From positions 13,017-77,016 of the forward strand of contig JAIPAJ010000001.1 in assembly GCA_021740125.1 (NCBI GenBank): a DNA stretch of 64,000 nucleotides, given 5' to 3'. Below are positions 33,201-43,762 of the stretch, piece after piece (positions within the stretch are counted from its first letter, which is position 1; each line of letters opens with the position of its first letter). The notes under the pieces were generated by a model. It made no database searches and was not told where the DNA came from. It saw only the letters and a list, made by a program, of their open reading frames with translations. This DNA is from Leadbetterella sp. (GTDB lineage Bacteria > Bacteroidota > Bacteroidia > Cytophagales > Spirosomataceae). A program made the translations under genes and the position numbers.

Positions 33201-34061
33201 TGTATCCAAAATAAGATCAACGTCATTTTCAGAAATTACTGAGTCTCTTTCAAGAATAACCTCATTTCTATCGATAGAAACCACCTCACCGGTATCTTCA
33301 TCCACGAAATCTTCAGTCCAAGTTTTCAAAACCCTCGCTGCCAGTCTACGACCAACAACTGCTTTTAGGTTTTCTTTTGTTGAGGTAATCTCTTCTGACA
33401 ATCCGAATAAATCCAAGATGTCTTTGTCAGTACCATAGCCAATCGAACGAAGTAGCGTAGTTACTGGGAATTTCTTTTTACGGTCGATGTAAGCATACAT
33501 GACGTTGTTTACGTCAGTTGAGAATTCGATCCATGAACCCTTCATAGGTATTACCCTAGCAGAGTAAAGTTTGGTACCGTTGGTATGCTTGCTCATAGAG
33601 AAAAACACGCCTGGCGAACGGTGCAATTGCGATACAATTACCCTTTCTGCACCATTGATTACGAATGAACCACGGCCAGTCATGTAGGGGATATTTCCCA
33701 AGAACACTTCTTGCTCGATAGTTTCAAACTCCTCATTATCAGAGTCATTACAAAGCAATCTTAATTTTGCTTTCAATGGCACTGAGTAAGTTAGGCCTCT
33801 GTCGATACACTCATCTACAGAGTATTTTGGTTGGTCGATTGTGTAATCAACGAACTCTAGAACGTAGTTCTCCCGTGAGTCGGCAATCGGAAAATTATCC
33901 ATGAATGTTTGATACAAACCCTCAGCTCTACGGCTTTCGGCAGGTGTATCAATCTGGAAAAATTCGGTGAACGATTGCAACTGGATATCCAAAAAGTCAG
34001 GATACTCAAGTACGGGCTGAACGCTTGCAAAGGACTTCCTTCCGGTTTCTGTCAATTTCAA
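30204..34061 (-). CDS. rpoB: RNA polymerase beta subunit
   Basis: [22 protein letters not shown] and [12 protein letters not shown] start. Confidence 0.99.
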   Translation of the reverse strand: MKLTETGRKSFASVQPVLEYPDFLDIQLQSFTEFFQIDTPAESRRAEGLYQTFMDNFPIADSRENYVLEFVDYTIDQPKYSVDECIDRGLTYSVPLKAKLRLLCNDSDNEEFETIEQEVFLGNIPYMTGRGSFVINGAERVIVSQLHRSPGVFFSMSKHTNGTKLYSARVIPMKGSWIEFSTDVNNVMYAYIDRKKKFPVTTLLRSIGYGTDKDILDLFGLSEEITSTKENLKAVVGRRLAARVLKTWTEDFVDEDTGEVVSIDRNEVILERDSVISENDVDLILDTQAKSVIIHREDANVSEFNIIYNTLQKDSSNSEKEAVEQIYRQLRNTEAPDEATAREIIQGLFFSDKRYDLGEVGRYRVNTKLSLDTPLETSVLTKEDIISIVKYLIGLINSKAVVDDIDHLSNRRVRTVGEQLSGQFGVGLARMARTIKERMNVRDNEDFKPVDLINARTLSSVINSFFGTNQLSQFMDQTNPLAEITHKRRLSALGPGGLSRERAGFEVRDVHYTHYGRLCTIETPEGPNIGLISSLCTYAKINSMGFIETPYMKIDGGKMTGTIEYLTAEEEDGKHIAMATADTKNDGNFSVDLLKCRFEGDFPLKRPEEIEYMDIAPNQIVSIAASMIPFLEHDDANRALMGSNMQRQAVPLLRPEAPIVGTGLEGKLARDSRTLIVADGEGVIEYVDAQKIVVNYDWSDNQRLVNFDTNMKTYNLIKFRRTNQDTCINLRPIVLKGQKVKAGQILVEGYATQGGELALGRNLQVAFMPWQGYNFEDAIVISEKVVRDDIFTSIHIEEFDLEVRDTKRGEEELTAEIPNVSEEAVKNLDENGIVRTGTHIKEGDILIGKITPKGESDPTPEEKLLRAIFGDKAGDVKDASKKASPSLRGVIIDTKLFSRPSKEERVKHKEELKVLAKNHSKSLMELKSIMIDKMVALLDNEACNGVKHKFGEELISKGVKFNKSNIANNLFPDKNPFVDESSYNVPEEANLLGDIILEGWTNNEETNGLLVSLVKNYLTKRSELIGIYKREKFVLEVGDELPAGIVKLAKVYIAKKRKLKVGDKMAGRHGNKGVVARIVRDEDMPFLEDGNTMDIVLNPLGVPSRMNIGQLYEVVLGWAGRKLGRKYATPIFDGASADEVSAELVEAGLAEYGRTQLYNGLTGEPFDQKVTVGIMYMLKLGHLVDDKMHARSIGPYSLITQQPLGGKAQFGGQRFGEMEVWALEAFGASHVLREILTLKSDDVLGRAKAYEAIVKGENLPKASIPESFNVLVHELRGLALEITLV

Positions 34062-34261
34062 GGTTTTAAATTGTTTTAATGAAAAATATTTTAAAAAACT
34101 TGATGATATTCTAACGCATAGTTAGACATATCATGAAAAAATCGCAGTGAAGAAAAACGATTCTACCCCTTTGCATCTGCCCTACGAAAAACAGAAGTGT
34201 ATCGGGTAAAAAGTCTTGTTGGAGTTTGAGCTCCAAAGGTTTTTAAATGTTGTGGTTTTTG

Positions 34262-34321
34262 TAGCTTTTAGCTTTTAGCTTTTAGCTTTTAGCTTTTAGC
34301 TTTTAGCTTTTAGCTTTTAGC
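34262..34321 (+). repeat. Perfect heptamer tandem repeat (TAGCTTT)x8 plus TAGC
   Basis: Directly visible in the rplL-rpoB spacer. Confidence 0.97.
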
Positions 34322-34394
34322 GAAAGTGCATTCGTTGAAAAAGGGTTCAGATTTGGTGAAATAACCTTAAAAAACTGAGTCTTTTTTAAACGAC

Positions 34395-34435
34395 AAAAAG
34401 ACCCGGCCAGAACTGTAACGTTCTGACCTGAGTCT
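34395..34435 (-). terminator. Terminator/attenuator hairpin after rplL
   Basis: On the minus strand, AGACTC(A)GGTCAGAAC-GTTACA-GTTCTGGCCGGGTCT followed by TTTT. Confidence 0.65.
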
Positions 34436-34458
34436 GATTGTAAATGCTTTACGAGAAA

Positions 34459-34839
34459 TTATTTAATTTCTACTTCAGCACCAGCTTCTTCTAACTGAGC
34501 TTTTAGAGCTGTAGCTTCGTCTTTAGCGATACCTTCTTTCAAAGCTTTAGGAGCTGAATCAACTAATTCTTTAGCTTCTTTCAACCCTAAACCTGTAAGG
34601 TCTTTAACCAACTTCACAACTTGAAGTTTGTTAGCACCACCTGATTTAAGGATTACGTCAAATGCTGTTTGCTCAACAGCAGCTTCAACTTCAGCACCAG
34701 CAGCTGGACCAGCTACCATTACAGCACCAGCAGCAGCTGGCTCAATACCATATTCGTCTTTGAGGATAGCTGCAAGCTCATTAACCTCTTTTACTGTCAA
34801 ATTAACTAATTGTTCAGCGAATGCTTTCAAATCTGCCAT
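34459..34839 (-). CDS. rplL: 50S ribosomal protein L7/L12
   Basis: [24 protein letters not shown] and [11 protein letters not shown]. Confidence 0.98.
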   Translation of the reverse strand: MADLKAFAEQLVNLTVKEVNELAAILKDEYGIEPAAAGAVMVAGPAAGAEVEAAVEQTAFDVILKSGGANKLQVVKLVKDLTGLGLKEAKELVDSAPKALKEGIAKDEATALKAQLEEAGAEVEIK

Positions 34840-34913
34840 TTCTATAGAATTTTATTTTTATAAACAATATTTAAAAATTGAATGCTGCACCTTGCGGCAT
34901 CCGGTTAAAAAAA

Positions 34914-35447
34914 TCAGGCTGCTTCTTTCTCTGAAAGAGTTTTAAGAATTCCAGCCAGTTTGTTGCCACCACTCTGCAATGCACCAAGTACATTTTTAGC
35001 AGGCGATTGTAGCAATCCGATTACTTCGCCAATCATTTCAGCTTTAGATTTCAAGTTGGTTAGAGCATCTAATTGGTCGTGACCAACAAACAATCCACCG
35101 TCTATTGAAGCTCCTTTAAGCTTGATTGAGTCTTTGTTTTCTTTCAAGAAATCCTTGATCAATTTGGCAGCAGCTTTACCCGATTCAGGGTGAAACATGA
35201 TACCTGAGAATCCTTTAAGAACCGACTCGTTGAAAGCCGTGTAATCTGTGTCGAGCGTCTCAAGAGCTTTCTCGATAAGTGTGTTTTTCACTACCATGTA
35301 TTCTATACCTCTGTCGAAACAAAGACGTCTAAGTTTGTTGGTTTTAGCAACAGACATACCGCTTGCATCTGTGATATAGAAATAAGGAATGTTGGCAAAC
35401 TTTTCGGTAAGACTCTCGATAATGAGTGCTTTTTCTTCTCTTCTCAT
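34914..35447 (-). CDS. rplJ: 50S ribosomal protein L10
   Basis: LRRLC...VVKNTL and operon position. Confidence 0.96.
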   Translation of the reverse strand: MRREEKALIIESLTEKFANIPYFYITDASGMSVAKTNKLRRLCFDRGIEYMVVKNTLIEKALETLDTDYTAFNESVLKGFSGIMFHPESGKAAAKLIKDFLKENKDSIKLKGASIDGGLFVGHDQLDALTNLKSKAEMIGEVIGLLQSPAKNVLGALQSGGNKLAGILKTLSEKEAA

Positions 35448-35449
35448 GA

Positions 35450-36148
35450 TTACAGTCCTATTATAGTTGATTTGTCAATCTGAATACCTGGACTCATGGT
35501 GCTAGACAAAGCTATGCCTTTTACATAAGTACCTTTTGCTGAAGAAGGCTTAAGCTTAACCAATGTTTGGATAATCTCATTTGCGTTATCAGCAATCTTG
35601 CTTGCATCGAAAGAAACTTTCGCTATACCTGCGTGGATAATACCTGTTTTGTCAACTTTAAAGTCGATTTTACCAGCTTTCACCTCTGTTACTGCTTTAC
35701 CTACCTCTAGCGTTACTGTGCCCGATTTAGGGTTTGGCATCAAGCCTCTTGGACCTAATATTTTACCTAAACGACCTAGTTTCGCCATTACAGTTGGCAT
35801 AGTTATAATCACGTCGATATCTGTCCAGCCTTTTTCGATTTTTGAAATGTACTCGTCTAGACCTACATAGTCAGCACCCGCTGCTTTAGCCTCTTCTTCC
35901 TTGTCAGGAGAACAAAGAACTAATACGCGAACAGTTTTACCAGTACCGTGAGGAAGTGCAACAACTCCACGAACCATTTGGTCTGCTTTACGAGGGTCAA
36001 CACCTAATCTAACGTCAATATCAATTGATGAGTCAAATTTGGTGTAAGAGATTTGTTTCAAAATTTCAGCTGCTTCTACCAAACTGTACGATTTTGTCGC
36101 ATCAAACTTCGATAGAGCCTCTTTTCTTTTTTTGCTTATTCTAGCCAT
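35450..36148 (-). CDS. rplA: 50S ribosomal protein L1
   Basis: Start at ATG 36148. [15 protein letters not shown] and [11 protein letters not shown]. Confidence 0.98.
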   Translation of the reverse strand: MARISKKRKEALSKFDATKSYSLVEAAEILKQISYTKFDSSIDIDVRLGVDPRKADQMVRGVVALPHGTGKTVRVLVLCSPDKEEEAKAAGADYVGLDEYISKIEKGWTDIDVIITMPTVMAKLGRLGKILGPRGLMPNPKSGTVTLEVGKAVTEVKAGKIDFKVDKTGIIHAGIAKVSFDASKIADNANEIIQTLVKLKPSSAKGTYVKGIALSSTMSPGIQIDKSTIIGL

Positions 36149-36153
36149 AATTT

Positions 36154-36188
36154 TGGTAATTAACGTCATGCTCTAGGCATGACTCCCA
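36154..36188 (-). promoter_or_regulatory. L1-binding autoregulatory RNA element before rplA
   Basis: mRNA reads UGGGAG-UCAUGC-cuaga-GCAUGA-CGUUAAUUACCA, the GGGAG/internal-loop/CCA architecture of L1 operator sites. Confidence 0.65.
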
Positions 36189-36202
36189 TTTTGTTTAATT
36201 AA

Positions 36203-36640
36203 TTAAAACGGACTTTCACCTGTAATGGTGAGGCCCATGTTTGCTGCAGTACCTACTATCATTTTCATAGCAGATTCTATTGTAAAGCAGTTAAGGTCTG
36301 GCATTTTAGTTTCGGCAATTGCCTTAACTTGATCCCATGATACCGACCCCACTTTGTTACGGTTTGGTTGGTCTGAACCTTTCTTCACTTTAGAAGCCTC
36401 TATAAGCAATACAGCCGTAGGAGGGGTTTTTATAACGAACTCAAATGATTTGTCTGTATAGTATGTAATCAATACAGGAACCACCTGGCCCATTTTATCT
36501 TGTGTTCTAGCATTGAACTGCTTACAGAACTCCATGATATTGATACCCTTCGAACCCAAAGCTGGACCAATAGGAGGTGCTGGGTTGGCTTGGCCACCCT
36601 TAGCTTGTAATTTTAAGTATCCTGCGATGTCTTTCGCCAT
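36203..36640 (-). CDS. rplK: 50S ribosomal protein L11
   Basis: Start at ATG 36640. [15 protein letters not shown] and [13 protein letters not shown]. Confidence 0.98.
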   Translation of the reverse strand: MAKDIAGYLKLQAKGGQANPAPPIGPALGSKGINIMEFCKQFNARTQDKMGQVVPVLITYYTDKSFEFVIKTPPTAVLLIEASKVKKGSDQPNRNKVGSVSWDQVKAIAETKMPDLNCFTIESAMKMIVGTAANMGLTITGESPF

Positions 36641-36856
36641 TGTCTTTTTACATTTAAAAATTTGAGAAATACGAACTAACGAACTCAATCTACCGCCATA
36701 GCTTTGTAGTCACAATCCAAAGCCTGAAAAACAGATGGTCATCCGATTCTCCAAAGTTTTTTCTCTTACTCCTCAGGGGAAGCCTAACATATTGATAATA
36801 TGACAAGAGACAGAGAAAAACTTCGCCAAAATGGACAAGATGCCCAAAATGGACTG

Positions 36857-36887
36857 CAAAGGTAGAAAATTATTTTTTTAATGCAAA
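36857..36887 (-). promoter_or_regulatory. Full Bacteroidota sigma70 promoter of the rplK operon
   Basis: Minus strand TTTG (36887-36884), 19-nt spacer, TACCTTTG (36864-36857). Confidence 0.75.
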
Positions 36888-36968
36888 AGTTTTTTGGGAA
36901 ATATGTTGAGGAAATTTATGAGATGTTTGTATGATTACAAACTTTGACGTTGATAACCATCGAGAAGG

Positions 36969-38423
36969 TTAAAAATCGTCTAAATTTCGTTCCAACTCCT
37001 CACTCTTCATAAACAAAAAGGCCCAGCCAATGTACATAAGAATGCCAGTCGGCATTTGGCCCAATATACCATTGCCGTAGCTGGCCATATATATGCCAAT
37101 CATTCCTGAAAAAATAGCAATGAGTTTTTGTCTCAAAGGGCTAATGGGCATTTTCCACAAAACTATACCTGCTTTTATGGCAATAAAAAACAAAATAGCC
37201 AGGTGAAGGGTAAGACCAATCATCCCTTCTTCAGCCCATATTTTTACAAACCAACTGTCGGTGGGTGTTTGGGCCAAAAATGAGTTGGGGCTAAATCTTA
37301 AACCCCAGCTTCCAGCAGATCCTATACCTCCACCAAAAGGCCGAGATGCCAAATATGCGGAAAGCTTTCTTTGGTTTTCTAATCTTACAAGCAAAGAAGC
37401 GTCGTTGGGGTCAAGAGCCGTTCTCATTCTATTTACCGCATAAACTCCTTGTGCAATGGTAGTAAATTTTAAGAAAACAAAAACTGCGGCTCCAGCTATT
37501 ATTCCTGCACCAAAAACTCTGAAGTTTTTGCTGAGGAGAAAATATGTCATAAAACCCAAAGCAGGGACTGCCATAGCTCCACGTGTTCCTGAAATCATCA
37601 TACCATAGAGTGAGAGAAAAAAAGCCACCAAATAAAATATATTTCTTCGAAGTGAAAGCTTCTTTCCCAAAAACAAAATCATAGAAACCACCATAGCGTG
37701 ACCTTGAGCGGCACCGAATTGGCCTGCATCTGAGTAAAAAGAAAACACACGAAGCTTACCAAACAATATATGTTGCTTACCTGGGCCTCCATCTAACCAA
37801 GCTTGTTCAAAACTATCTACTCCAATTACTAGCTGTTTGATTCCAACTAATGTACCCAAAACAGACATAATCAACCAAATGTGAAGAAACTTATCGAGAT
37901 CTTTTTTGGAGTCAAACAAGACAAATACTAATGGGATGGACAACAACATATAAAGGGACACTCCTCGCATAGCATAAAACCACGCTTCAAAACTTCTGGC
38001 CTCTGGGTTAAGAATTTGAAAAAAACTATACGCCATCCATATTATGGCCGCATATGTTAGACCATTCTTGGCTTTTGCCCATTCATATTTTTCTTTTTTA
38101 AAATATATAGCCAAGTAGGTAAGAACTAAAATAGCATCAATAGCTAAACCCAAGGGAGCGTTAATGTAGCGTGTGAGCCCATTTGCAGCAAAACCCATAA
38201 ACACCGTGCTATATAAGCCAAACTTAGGAAAGGTAAAAAGTAAGTACAAAAAGTACATTAAAAATGGCAAAATCAATAGCGTCAGACCTATGATAATGCC
38301 GAGTTTGGATAAAGCATACGAGATAGCAAAAGCAAATGCTATGATACACAGTAAAATTGGAATCTTTCTAAGAGTATTATTACTTGGAGTTTGCTGGAAT
38401 GAAAAATTCGACATTTTGCTCAC
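36969..38423 (-). CDS. O-antigen ligase/Wzy-like polysaccharide polymerase
   Basis: About 12 TM segments, SGTRGA, a periplasmic loop with R..N, PFGGGIG and DSW...AEEG.IG. Start may be 38414. Confidence 0.8.
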   Translation of the reverse strand: MSKMSNFSFQQTPSNNTLRKIPILLCIIAFAFAISYALSKLGIIIGLTLLILPFLMYFLYLLFTFPKFGLYSTVFMGFAANGLTRYINAPLGLAIDAILVLTYLAIYFKKEKYEWAKAKNGLTYAAIIWMAYSFFQILNPEARSFEAWFYAMRGVSLYMLLSIPLVFVLFDSKKDLDKFLHIWLIMSVLGTLVGIKQLVIGVDSFEQAWLDGGPGKQHILFGKLRVFSFYSDAGQFGAAQGHAMVVSMILFLGKKLSLRRNIFYLVAFFLSLYGMMISGTRGAMAVPALGFMTYFLLSKNFRVFGAGIIAGAAVFVFLKFTTIAQGVYAVNRMRTALDPNDASLLVRLENQRKLSAYLASRPFGGGIGSAGSWGLRFSPNSFLAQTPTDSWFVKIWAEEGMIGLTLHLAILFFIAIKAGIVLWKMPISPLRQKLIAIFSGMIGIYMASYGNGILGQMPTGILMYIGWAFLFMKSEELERNLDDF

Positions 38424-39657
38424 TAAGTTTTTTGTTCATAAAAAACAATCCAACAAAAATGCCAAACAAAGTATTGACTACTGTCACCATAGCAACTGCA
38501 GACAAATTTAAATGATGAGAAAGGATGTACCAATCTCCAAAAATATTCAAAGAAGCCATTAAAACAACCTTCATACTATTAATATGGGGCAAATTGACAC
38601 TGTCAAGAGCGATACCAAGATACCTGTCGAGTGGCATGACCAAAAGGTAAATGGTGAAAACTTTAAGAATAGGAGACGCTACTACAAATCCTTCTCCAGC
38701 ATAAAGGGTAACGATTTGTTCCGAAAAATGGAATGCTATTCCAAGAAATGGCAAAAGAAAAAGCGTAAAATATTTAACTTCCTTTATGAAATTAGACTTA
38801 AACTGACCGAATTTACCTTCAGAAGCAAGCTTTGAAAGTCTTGGGAAAGCCGACATTGCCCAGCTCCGAAGTGGTATTTCCACAACTTCTAATAGCTTAA
38901 GTGGAATATTATAAATGGCAACCATTGTGGGCCCCAAAAAGGTATTGATTAAAATGACATCGGCACTTTTTAAAACATTTGAAGCAACCGTTGTTAGGAC
39001 GGTATATTTACTAAAACCGAACATTTCTTTTATCGTTGTCCAGTCAAATTTGAGAGGAAAAGCATATTTTAAATCAAAAAGACATATCAGACCTAACATC
39101 GCTCTTATTATAGCAAAAACCCACAATATTTCTATTAAAATTGAGCTTTTGAAAACGAAAATAATCAGTAAAAATGGAAAACTACTTAAAAAGTTAATTA
39201 ACCACATTTTGAAATATTTCTGGTTGGCATGTGCTACCCACACCGACATGTTAATGGGTAGCATCATGACCAAAATAAGGGGGTAATATTGAAAAAAGAG
39301 TTCGAAATGATTGGCTTTGATTCCTTCTGAAAATAGAAATTGTGAAATGAAAATCAAGAAAGCCAAGAAAGCAGATAATATAATGCTTATTTGCCACGCC
39401 GCACTGGTTACCCGACAGATGTCTTTCTCATTATCAGCACTCGACACATATTTTACAAGGGCTTGATAAACAAAACCCGAGCGTATCATTTCTACAAAGC
39501 CCATATTGGTTACGAAAATAACCCAAGAGCCAAAATCATTTGTACTGAGTGTTCGAGCCAAGATACCAATGCTTAAAAATCCAAATCCAGCATTGAATAT
39601 ATTGCCAACCATTAGCCAAAATCTTGAATTCTTCAATATTTTTTCCATATCATCCAA
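38380..39657 (-). CDS. Wzx-type oligosaccharide flippase
   Basis: Polytopic MOP-family pattern ILARTLS..DFG, D.ILI..FLG...VAIY and FPRLS. Confidence 0.8.
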   Translation of the reverse strand: MDDMEKILKNSRFWLMVGNIFNAGFGFLSIGILARTLSTNDFGSWVIFVTNMGFVEMIRSGFVYQALVKYVSSADNEKDICRVTSAAWQISIILSAFLAFLIFISQFLFSEGIKANHFELFFQYYPLILVMMLPINMSVWVAHANQKYFKMWLINFLSSFPFLLIIFVFKSSILIEILWVFAIIRAMLGLICLFDLKYAFPLKFDWTTIKEMFGFSKYTVLTTVASNVLKSADVILINTFLGPTMVAIYNIPLKLLEVVEIPLRSWAMSAFPRLSKLASEGKFGQFKSNFIKEVKYFTLFLLPFLGIAFHFSEQIVTLYAGEGFVVASPILKVFTIYLLVMPLDRYLGIALDSVNLPHINSMKVVLMASLNIFGDWYILSHHLNLSAVAMVTVVNTLFGIFVGLFFMNKKLSEQNVEFFIPANSK

Positions 39658-40405
39658 AAACCACTATTTCTTTGGTAATTAAGAATTTGAATATTCCGAA
39701 GTTGATATTTTTGTTGCTAAACCAAGAGAATCTATTCAATCTCGAATGACTCTTCCTGTATTTCATATTTAGACCAATATTGTCCACAATTCTTCTCAAA
39801 CGGTTATGATTGAGGTGATTAAGCTCATAATATTCTTGCATAATGGTTTTTTTCCCAACCAATACCCTATCTTTATTCGCCATGATTTTTTTCAATAAGA
39901 AGTCTGGCAAAAACTGACACCAAGGTAAGCCTAAAACGTGATTAAGGTGAGATGCATAAGGTCCTTCCCAAGGCGGATAGCTGAGGAAAATACCTCCGTC
40001 TGGAGCCAATGAGGCCTTAAGCTGAACCAATATTTTATCTAAAATATCCATTGGAATGTGCTCCGCTACATCATTTAAAATGATGTAATCATATTTCTCA
40101 GTCAATGGTTTTTCTAATACATCTCTTAATTCAAAATTGACATTTTTTACCTTGTGCTTGGTTTTTAAGATTTCAGCTATTTCAATGTGATTGGAGTCAA
40201 CATCCACACCGTGAACTGTACAATCCCATTTAGTGGCATACCATAGCGTCATACCTCCCATTCCACACCCAAAGTCAAGAATTTTCTTCTTATTAAAGTT
40301 GAAATTTTCACTAATAAGCTTTTTGTCCAAATTTAAATGGCTATTAGCTCCTAGAAAGGCATTTTCTGCATATTGACAACCTTCATTCAATTGTTCGATA
40401 GTCAT
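39650..40405 (-). CDS. Class I SAM-dependent methyltransferase
   Basis: ILDFGCGMG, GVDVD, YDYIILNDVAEH and LAPDG. Confidence 0.88.
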   Translation of the reverse strand: MTIEQLNEGCQYAENAFLGANSHLNLDKKLISENFNFNKKKILDFGCGMGGMTLWYATKWDCTVHGVDVDSNHIEIAEILKTKHKVKNVNFELRDVLEKPLTEKYDYIILNDVAEHIPMDILDKILVQLKASLAPDGGIFLSYPPWEGPYASHLNHVLGLPWCQFLPDFLLKKIMANKDRVLVGKKTIMQEYYELNHLNHNRLRRIVDNIGLNMKYRKSHSRLNRFSWFSNKNINFGIFKFLITKEIVVFG

Positions 40406-41517
40406 GATTCTAATATATTTGATAGTTTAATTGCTTTATTTGTCCAAGTGTTGCTCATAGCAAAAGCAACTCTTTCTGAAAATTTTTCATTTTCTTTTTC
40501 TTTTATTGCGGATCCAAGATTGTTAACAAATTTATCTGCAGTGGAGTAATAAATTAGGTCTCCAAAGTCTGATAAATCAGCAAAATCAGTAGTAACCACT
40601 GGCATACCATAGGCTAAGTATTGGTTGATTTTCATTGGATAGATATTTTTAGTAAATCCATTTTTCACAAAAGGAATTATTCCAACTTGCATATTTTCAA
40701 GATAATAACCGAGTTCTGAAGGTTTTTTAGAACCTACAAACTTTACATTAGGGAAGTTTTCGAGTGCTTTAAAAACCCTATCGTCGAGAATTCTTCCTAT
40801 GAAAACAAATTCGAGATGTGGATATTTTTCTGCGGCTTTAGTCAAAATTTCAATATCCATTCTATCGTCAATAGTTCCAAGGTATCCTACCACGTTGTTT
40901 CTTGTACTGGTCGTAACAGCATTTTCAAACATTTCAATTTCGACACCATTTTGTATCAAATGGGTATTCGGTTGATTTTTGATTTTGTTTGACTTTAAAC
41001 CTTCAGACGTAACAATAGCACCTTTGACCTTTTGCAGAAAGTCTTTTTCATAATTTGGTAAATGTTTTTGACACCATTTTGCTTCTGTTAACTCATCATA
41101 ACAAAAATAGTAGGTTGCTTTTTCGTGGAGCTGGCCCAACAGTTTAGTACCAAATGCGGGTTGAAAAGCATTCAAAACTACCGGGTTTTCGATGTTCAAT
41201 TTTTTCATTGCAGAAAGAATTGAATTTTTTAAAATTCTTGCATTAATTTCAAGTACGCTGTCATAAACTTTCGGATTACTGATCCAGTTCATCGGTATAG
41301 TTGATGGAGGCGTCAGCACATTAATTTCGTCTCCATTTCTTGAATATTTTTTAGTTAATACTGAACCTTTAGGTAACTTAGTATCTTTCAAAGTACGCGT
41401 ATATTCTACATAAAGTATTTTATGCGAACCACTAAGTTCTTTCAGTAATTCTACTGTGGGTTTTTGATAGTTGCCTTCCCACTGAGGCAAACCTATACAG
41501 ACGATGTCGCTTTTCAT
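40402..41517 (-). CDS. GT-B glycosyltransferase (GT4/TuaH-like)
   Basis: YFCYDE, IQNGV, GYLGTI, GIIPF and PMKINQYLAYGMPVV. Confidence 0.85.
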   Translation of the reverse strand: MKSDIVCIGLPQWEGNYQKPTVELLKELSGSHKILYVEYTRTLKDTKLPKGSVLTKKYSRNGDEINVLTPPSTIPMNWISNPKVYDSVLEINARILKNSILSAMKKLNIENPVVLNAFQPAFGTKLLGQLHEKATYYFCYDELTEAKWCQKHLPNYEKDFLQKVKGAIVTSEGLKSNKIKNQPNTHLIQNGVEIEMFENAVTTSTRNNVVGYLGTIDDRMDIEILTKAAEKYPHLEFVFIGRILDDRVFKALENFPNVKFVGSKKPSELGYYLENMQVGIIPFVKNGFTKNIYPMKINQYLAYGMPVVTTDFADLSDFGDLIYYSTADKFVNNLGSAIKEKENEKFSERVAFAMSNTWTNKAIKLSNILES

Positions 41518-41535
41518 TTATTTTTCTGTTTGATT

Positions 41536-43743
41536 TTAACTATTGAATGCATTGACTCCTTCATATTTATTCTCACTTTTTAATTCCTTATTATGAAACT
41601 CTAACCTAAATACTCTTTTTACTGCTTTTTTCCACTTCGGATTTTTAATTTCGCTTTCTGCAACTTGATTTTCCAAAGAATCCCATGAGACCCCATTTAC
41701 TAATATTTCAACAGGCAAATGATAAGTTTGTAAAATTTTTACTGCCTTTTTATCAGCCTTCTTCCAAGATCTGTTGGCTGATACCGTTAGTATGGAAAGA
41801 TTTGCGTTTTGCAATATCTGCGTTGGCACGTTTCCACTCAAAAGTGGTGGAATCTCCAACAAACAATAATCGTAATCGTTGGGATCTATCCAAGAACTGA
41901 TAAGCTCAGAAATGTTTTTCATTTCACTCAAATACTTTGATTTTGGATAGATCAATTTTCCGTTTTGCAATACGGTACTTTCTGTATCTCCAGAAACAAT
42001 TAAAAGCACCGAAGCCCCAGACTTTCTAAGATGTTCAGCAACTTTTTCACTTATAAATGTCTTCCCTTCAAGCACTTGTGTACTACTAAACAAAATTAAT
42101 GGTGTAGAAGAGCCCAGTCTGTTTGGACTAATCTTAAGTTTACAATTGGTCACAATTTGCCCAAGCAAAGTCGCCGAAATTTTCTGGTGCTTAGGATTAG
42201 CCTGATTTATTATAGGCAAAGAACCTACGGCATCCAAACCTGTCATTTCTATAGCTCTTTCAATGGTTTTGATGGTTTGATCGCTGATTTCTAAAACCAC
42301 TAGGCCAGCCAAAATTCCTATGAAACCTACTAGCCCTGAAAGAATCACTAACATCATTTTCTTTGAAGGTAATTCTATTGTCATAGGTCTGTCTATAACA
42401 TTGAGCTTAGATGATAGTTCTATACTTTGTTTTCTTAATAATGCTTGATTTAGGTCATGCAATATTTGGATGTATGCTCTTTCATGAACGTCTATTTCAC
42501 GTTCAAGTCTTGACAATCCAGAACCTAATGGAGCAAAACGTGCATAATCTCTCCTAATTTCACTCATACGACTGTCCAATACTTTTACCCTAGCTCTATT
42601 TTTTTCTACCAAAATCATGTTTTCAAGCCAAGAGTCTAATAGATTCTTTATCTGAACATTTTCTGTGGAGTGAGTTCGAGCATATAAATTTCTAACTCCT
42701 TCAGTCAATTGCTTTTCATGTTGTTTTACTTTCTCGGACAGGTTATCTTGACCAGAATAGTTTGGATTCAATGAGTTCTTTGCAATCTCTGATGTCAGGT
42801 TTGAAATGGTCTCCTTCTGAGTGAGAAGATCACTATTTTTAAAAAAAGATTCTCTATTAATCGTAAGTTTTTGCTCTAGTTTTCTTAAAGCATTATCTGC
42901 TGCATCAAGCTCTCCAGTAAGTCTACTTTGTTCATCAGTGATATCTTCTTTCTTTCCTGCTAATGCCTTTGTTTGTTCGTAATAATTTAGGATTTGACCA
43001 TCTTCTCGGAATGACTTCAAACGGTCTTCGGCCACATTGAGGTCTTGTTTTGCCGTAGATAATTGATTTTGAAAGTACTCTACCACATTTCCTGTTTCTG
43101 ACACCTTCAATCCTTTATATTTTTCCATAAAAATATCTATGAACAACCTCAGCGTAGTTTCACATAAACCCTTGTCTGTGAGAGTATAAGAAAGCTCAAT
43201 CATGTCTGAGCTTCCTTTTCTCACTGCTTTTACTTCACTCAATGCTTTCAAGCTGAATGGACTATTTCCGTCGTTATATAGTTTACGAATTTCCTTTGGA
43301 CTTTCGTTATCGTATGCGTTTTGAAGATTTAAATAGGTTTTTTGTACATTATTTTTAACCAATACTTGTTTTCTGATATTATCAGGTATTAGCTCATTTA
43401 GTTTTTCAAAAGTCTTAGGATTAACTGTTTTGCCATCTGCCTTTTCCAAAACCAAAATTTGGCTAATAAGTCTAAAAGAAACCTCTCGCATGGTTTGCTT
43501 TGACTTTATGGTGTTAAGAATGTTCTCAAATGAATTATTAACTACAAACTGATCCTTACGTGATTCACCTGTACTTTCAATGTTAAACCCTGTTGAAAGT
43601 CCAGTATAAATCATCGCCGTACTTGTAAATTCTCTTTCTGCATTTTTTGTAAGAAAATACGTACTCACGGCCATCAGCAAAGGCACAAATATGAGTAGAA
43701 AAAGATTCTTTCGAATAAGACGTATAAACTCAATTAAATTCAT
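41536..43743 (-). CDS. Wzc/GumC-like polysaccharide co-polymerase with degenerate BY-kinase domain
   Basis: Two TMs flanking a long coiled-coil periplasmic domain. Cytoplasmic SSTQVLEGKTF Walker A and LLEIPP. Confidence 0.8.
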   Translation of the reverse strand: MNLIEFIRLIRKNLFLLIFVPLLMAVSTYFLTKNAEREFTSTAMIYTGLSTGFNIESTGESRKDQFVVNNSFENILNTIKSKQTMREVSFRLISQILVLEKADGKTVNPKTFEKLNELIPDNIRKQVLVKNNVQKTYLNLQNAYDNESPKEIRKLYNDGNSPFSLKALSEVKAVRKGSSDMIELSYTLTDKGLCETTLRLFIDIFMEKYKGLKVSETGNVVEYFQNQLSTAKQDLNVAEDRLKSFREDGQILNYYEQTKALAGKKEDITDEQSRLTGELDAADNALRKLEQKLTINRESFFKNSDLLTQKETISNLTSEIAKNSLNPNYSGQDNLSEKVKQHEKQLTEGVRNLYARTHSTENVQIKNLLDSWLENMILVEKNRARVKVLDSRMSEIRRDYARFAPLGSGLSRLEREIDVHERAYIQILHDLNQALLRKQSIELSSKLNVIDRPMTIELPSKKMMLVILSGLVGFIGILAGLVVLEISDQTIKTIERAIEMTGLDAVGSLPIINQANPKHQKISATLLGQIVTNCKLKISPNRLGSSTPLILFSSTQVLEGKTFISEKVAEHLRKSGASVLLIVSGDTESTVLQNGKLIYPKSKYLSEMKNISELISSWIDPNDYDYCLLEIPPLLSGNVPTQILQNANLSILTVSANRSWKKADKKAVKILQTYHLPVEILVNGVSWDSLENQVAESEIKNPKWKKAVKRVFRLEFHNKELKSENKYEGVNAFNS

Positions 43744-43762
43744 TTCCTCTTAAGAGTTTCAA

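Noticed and set aside
34262-34321. Heptamer array as a CRISPR array
   Set aside because: No spacers, the unit is only 7 bp, and there are no cas genes.
26761-35870. Many plus-strand ORFs antisense to rpoC, rpoB, rplL and rplA
   Set aside because: Expected antisense shadows of highly biased coding sequence.
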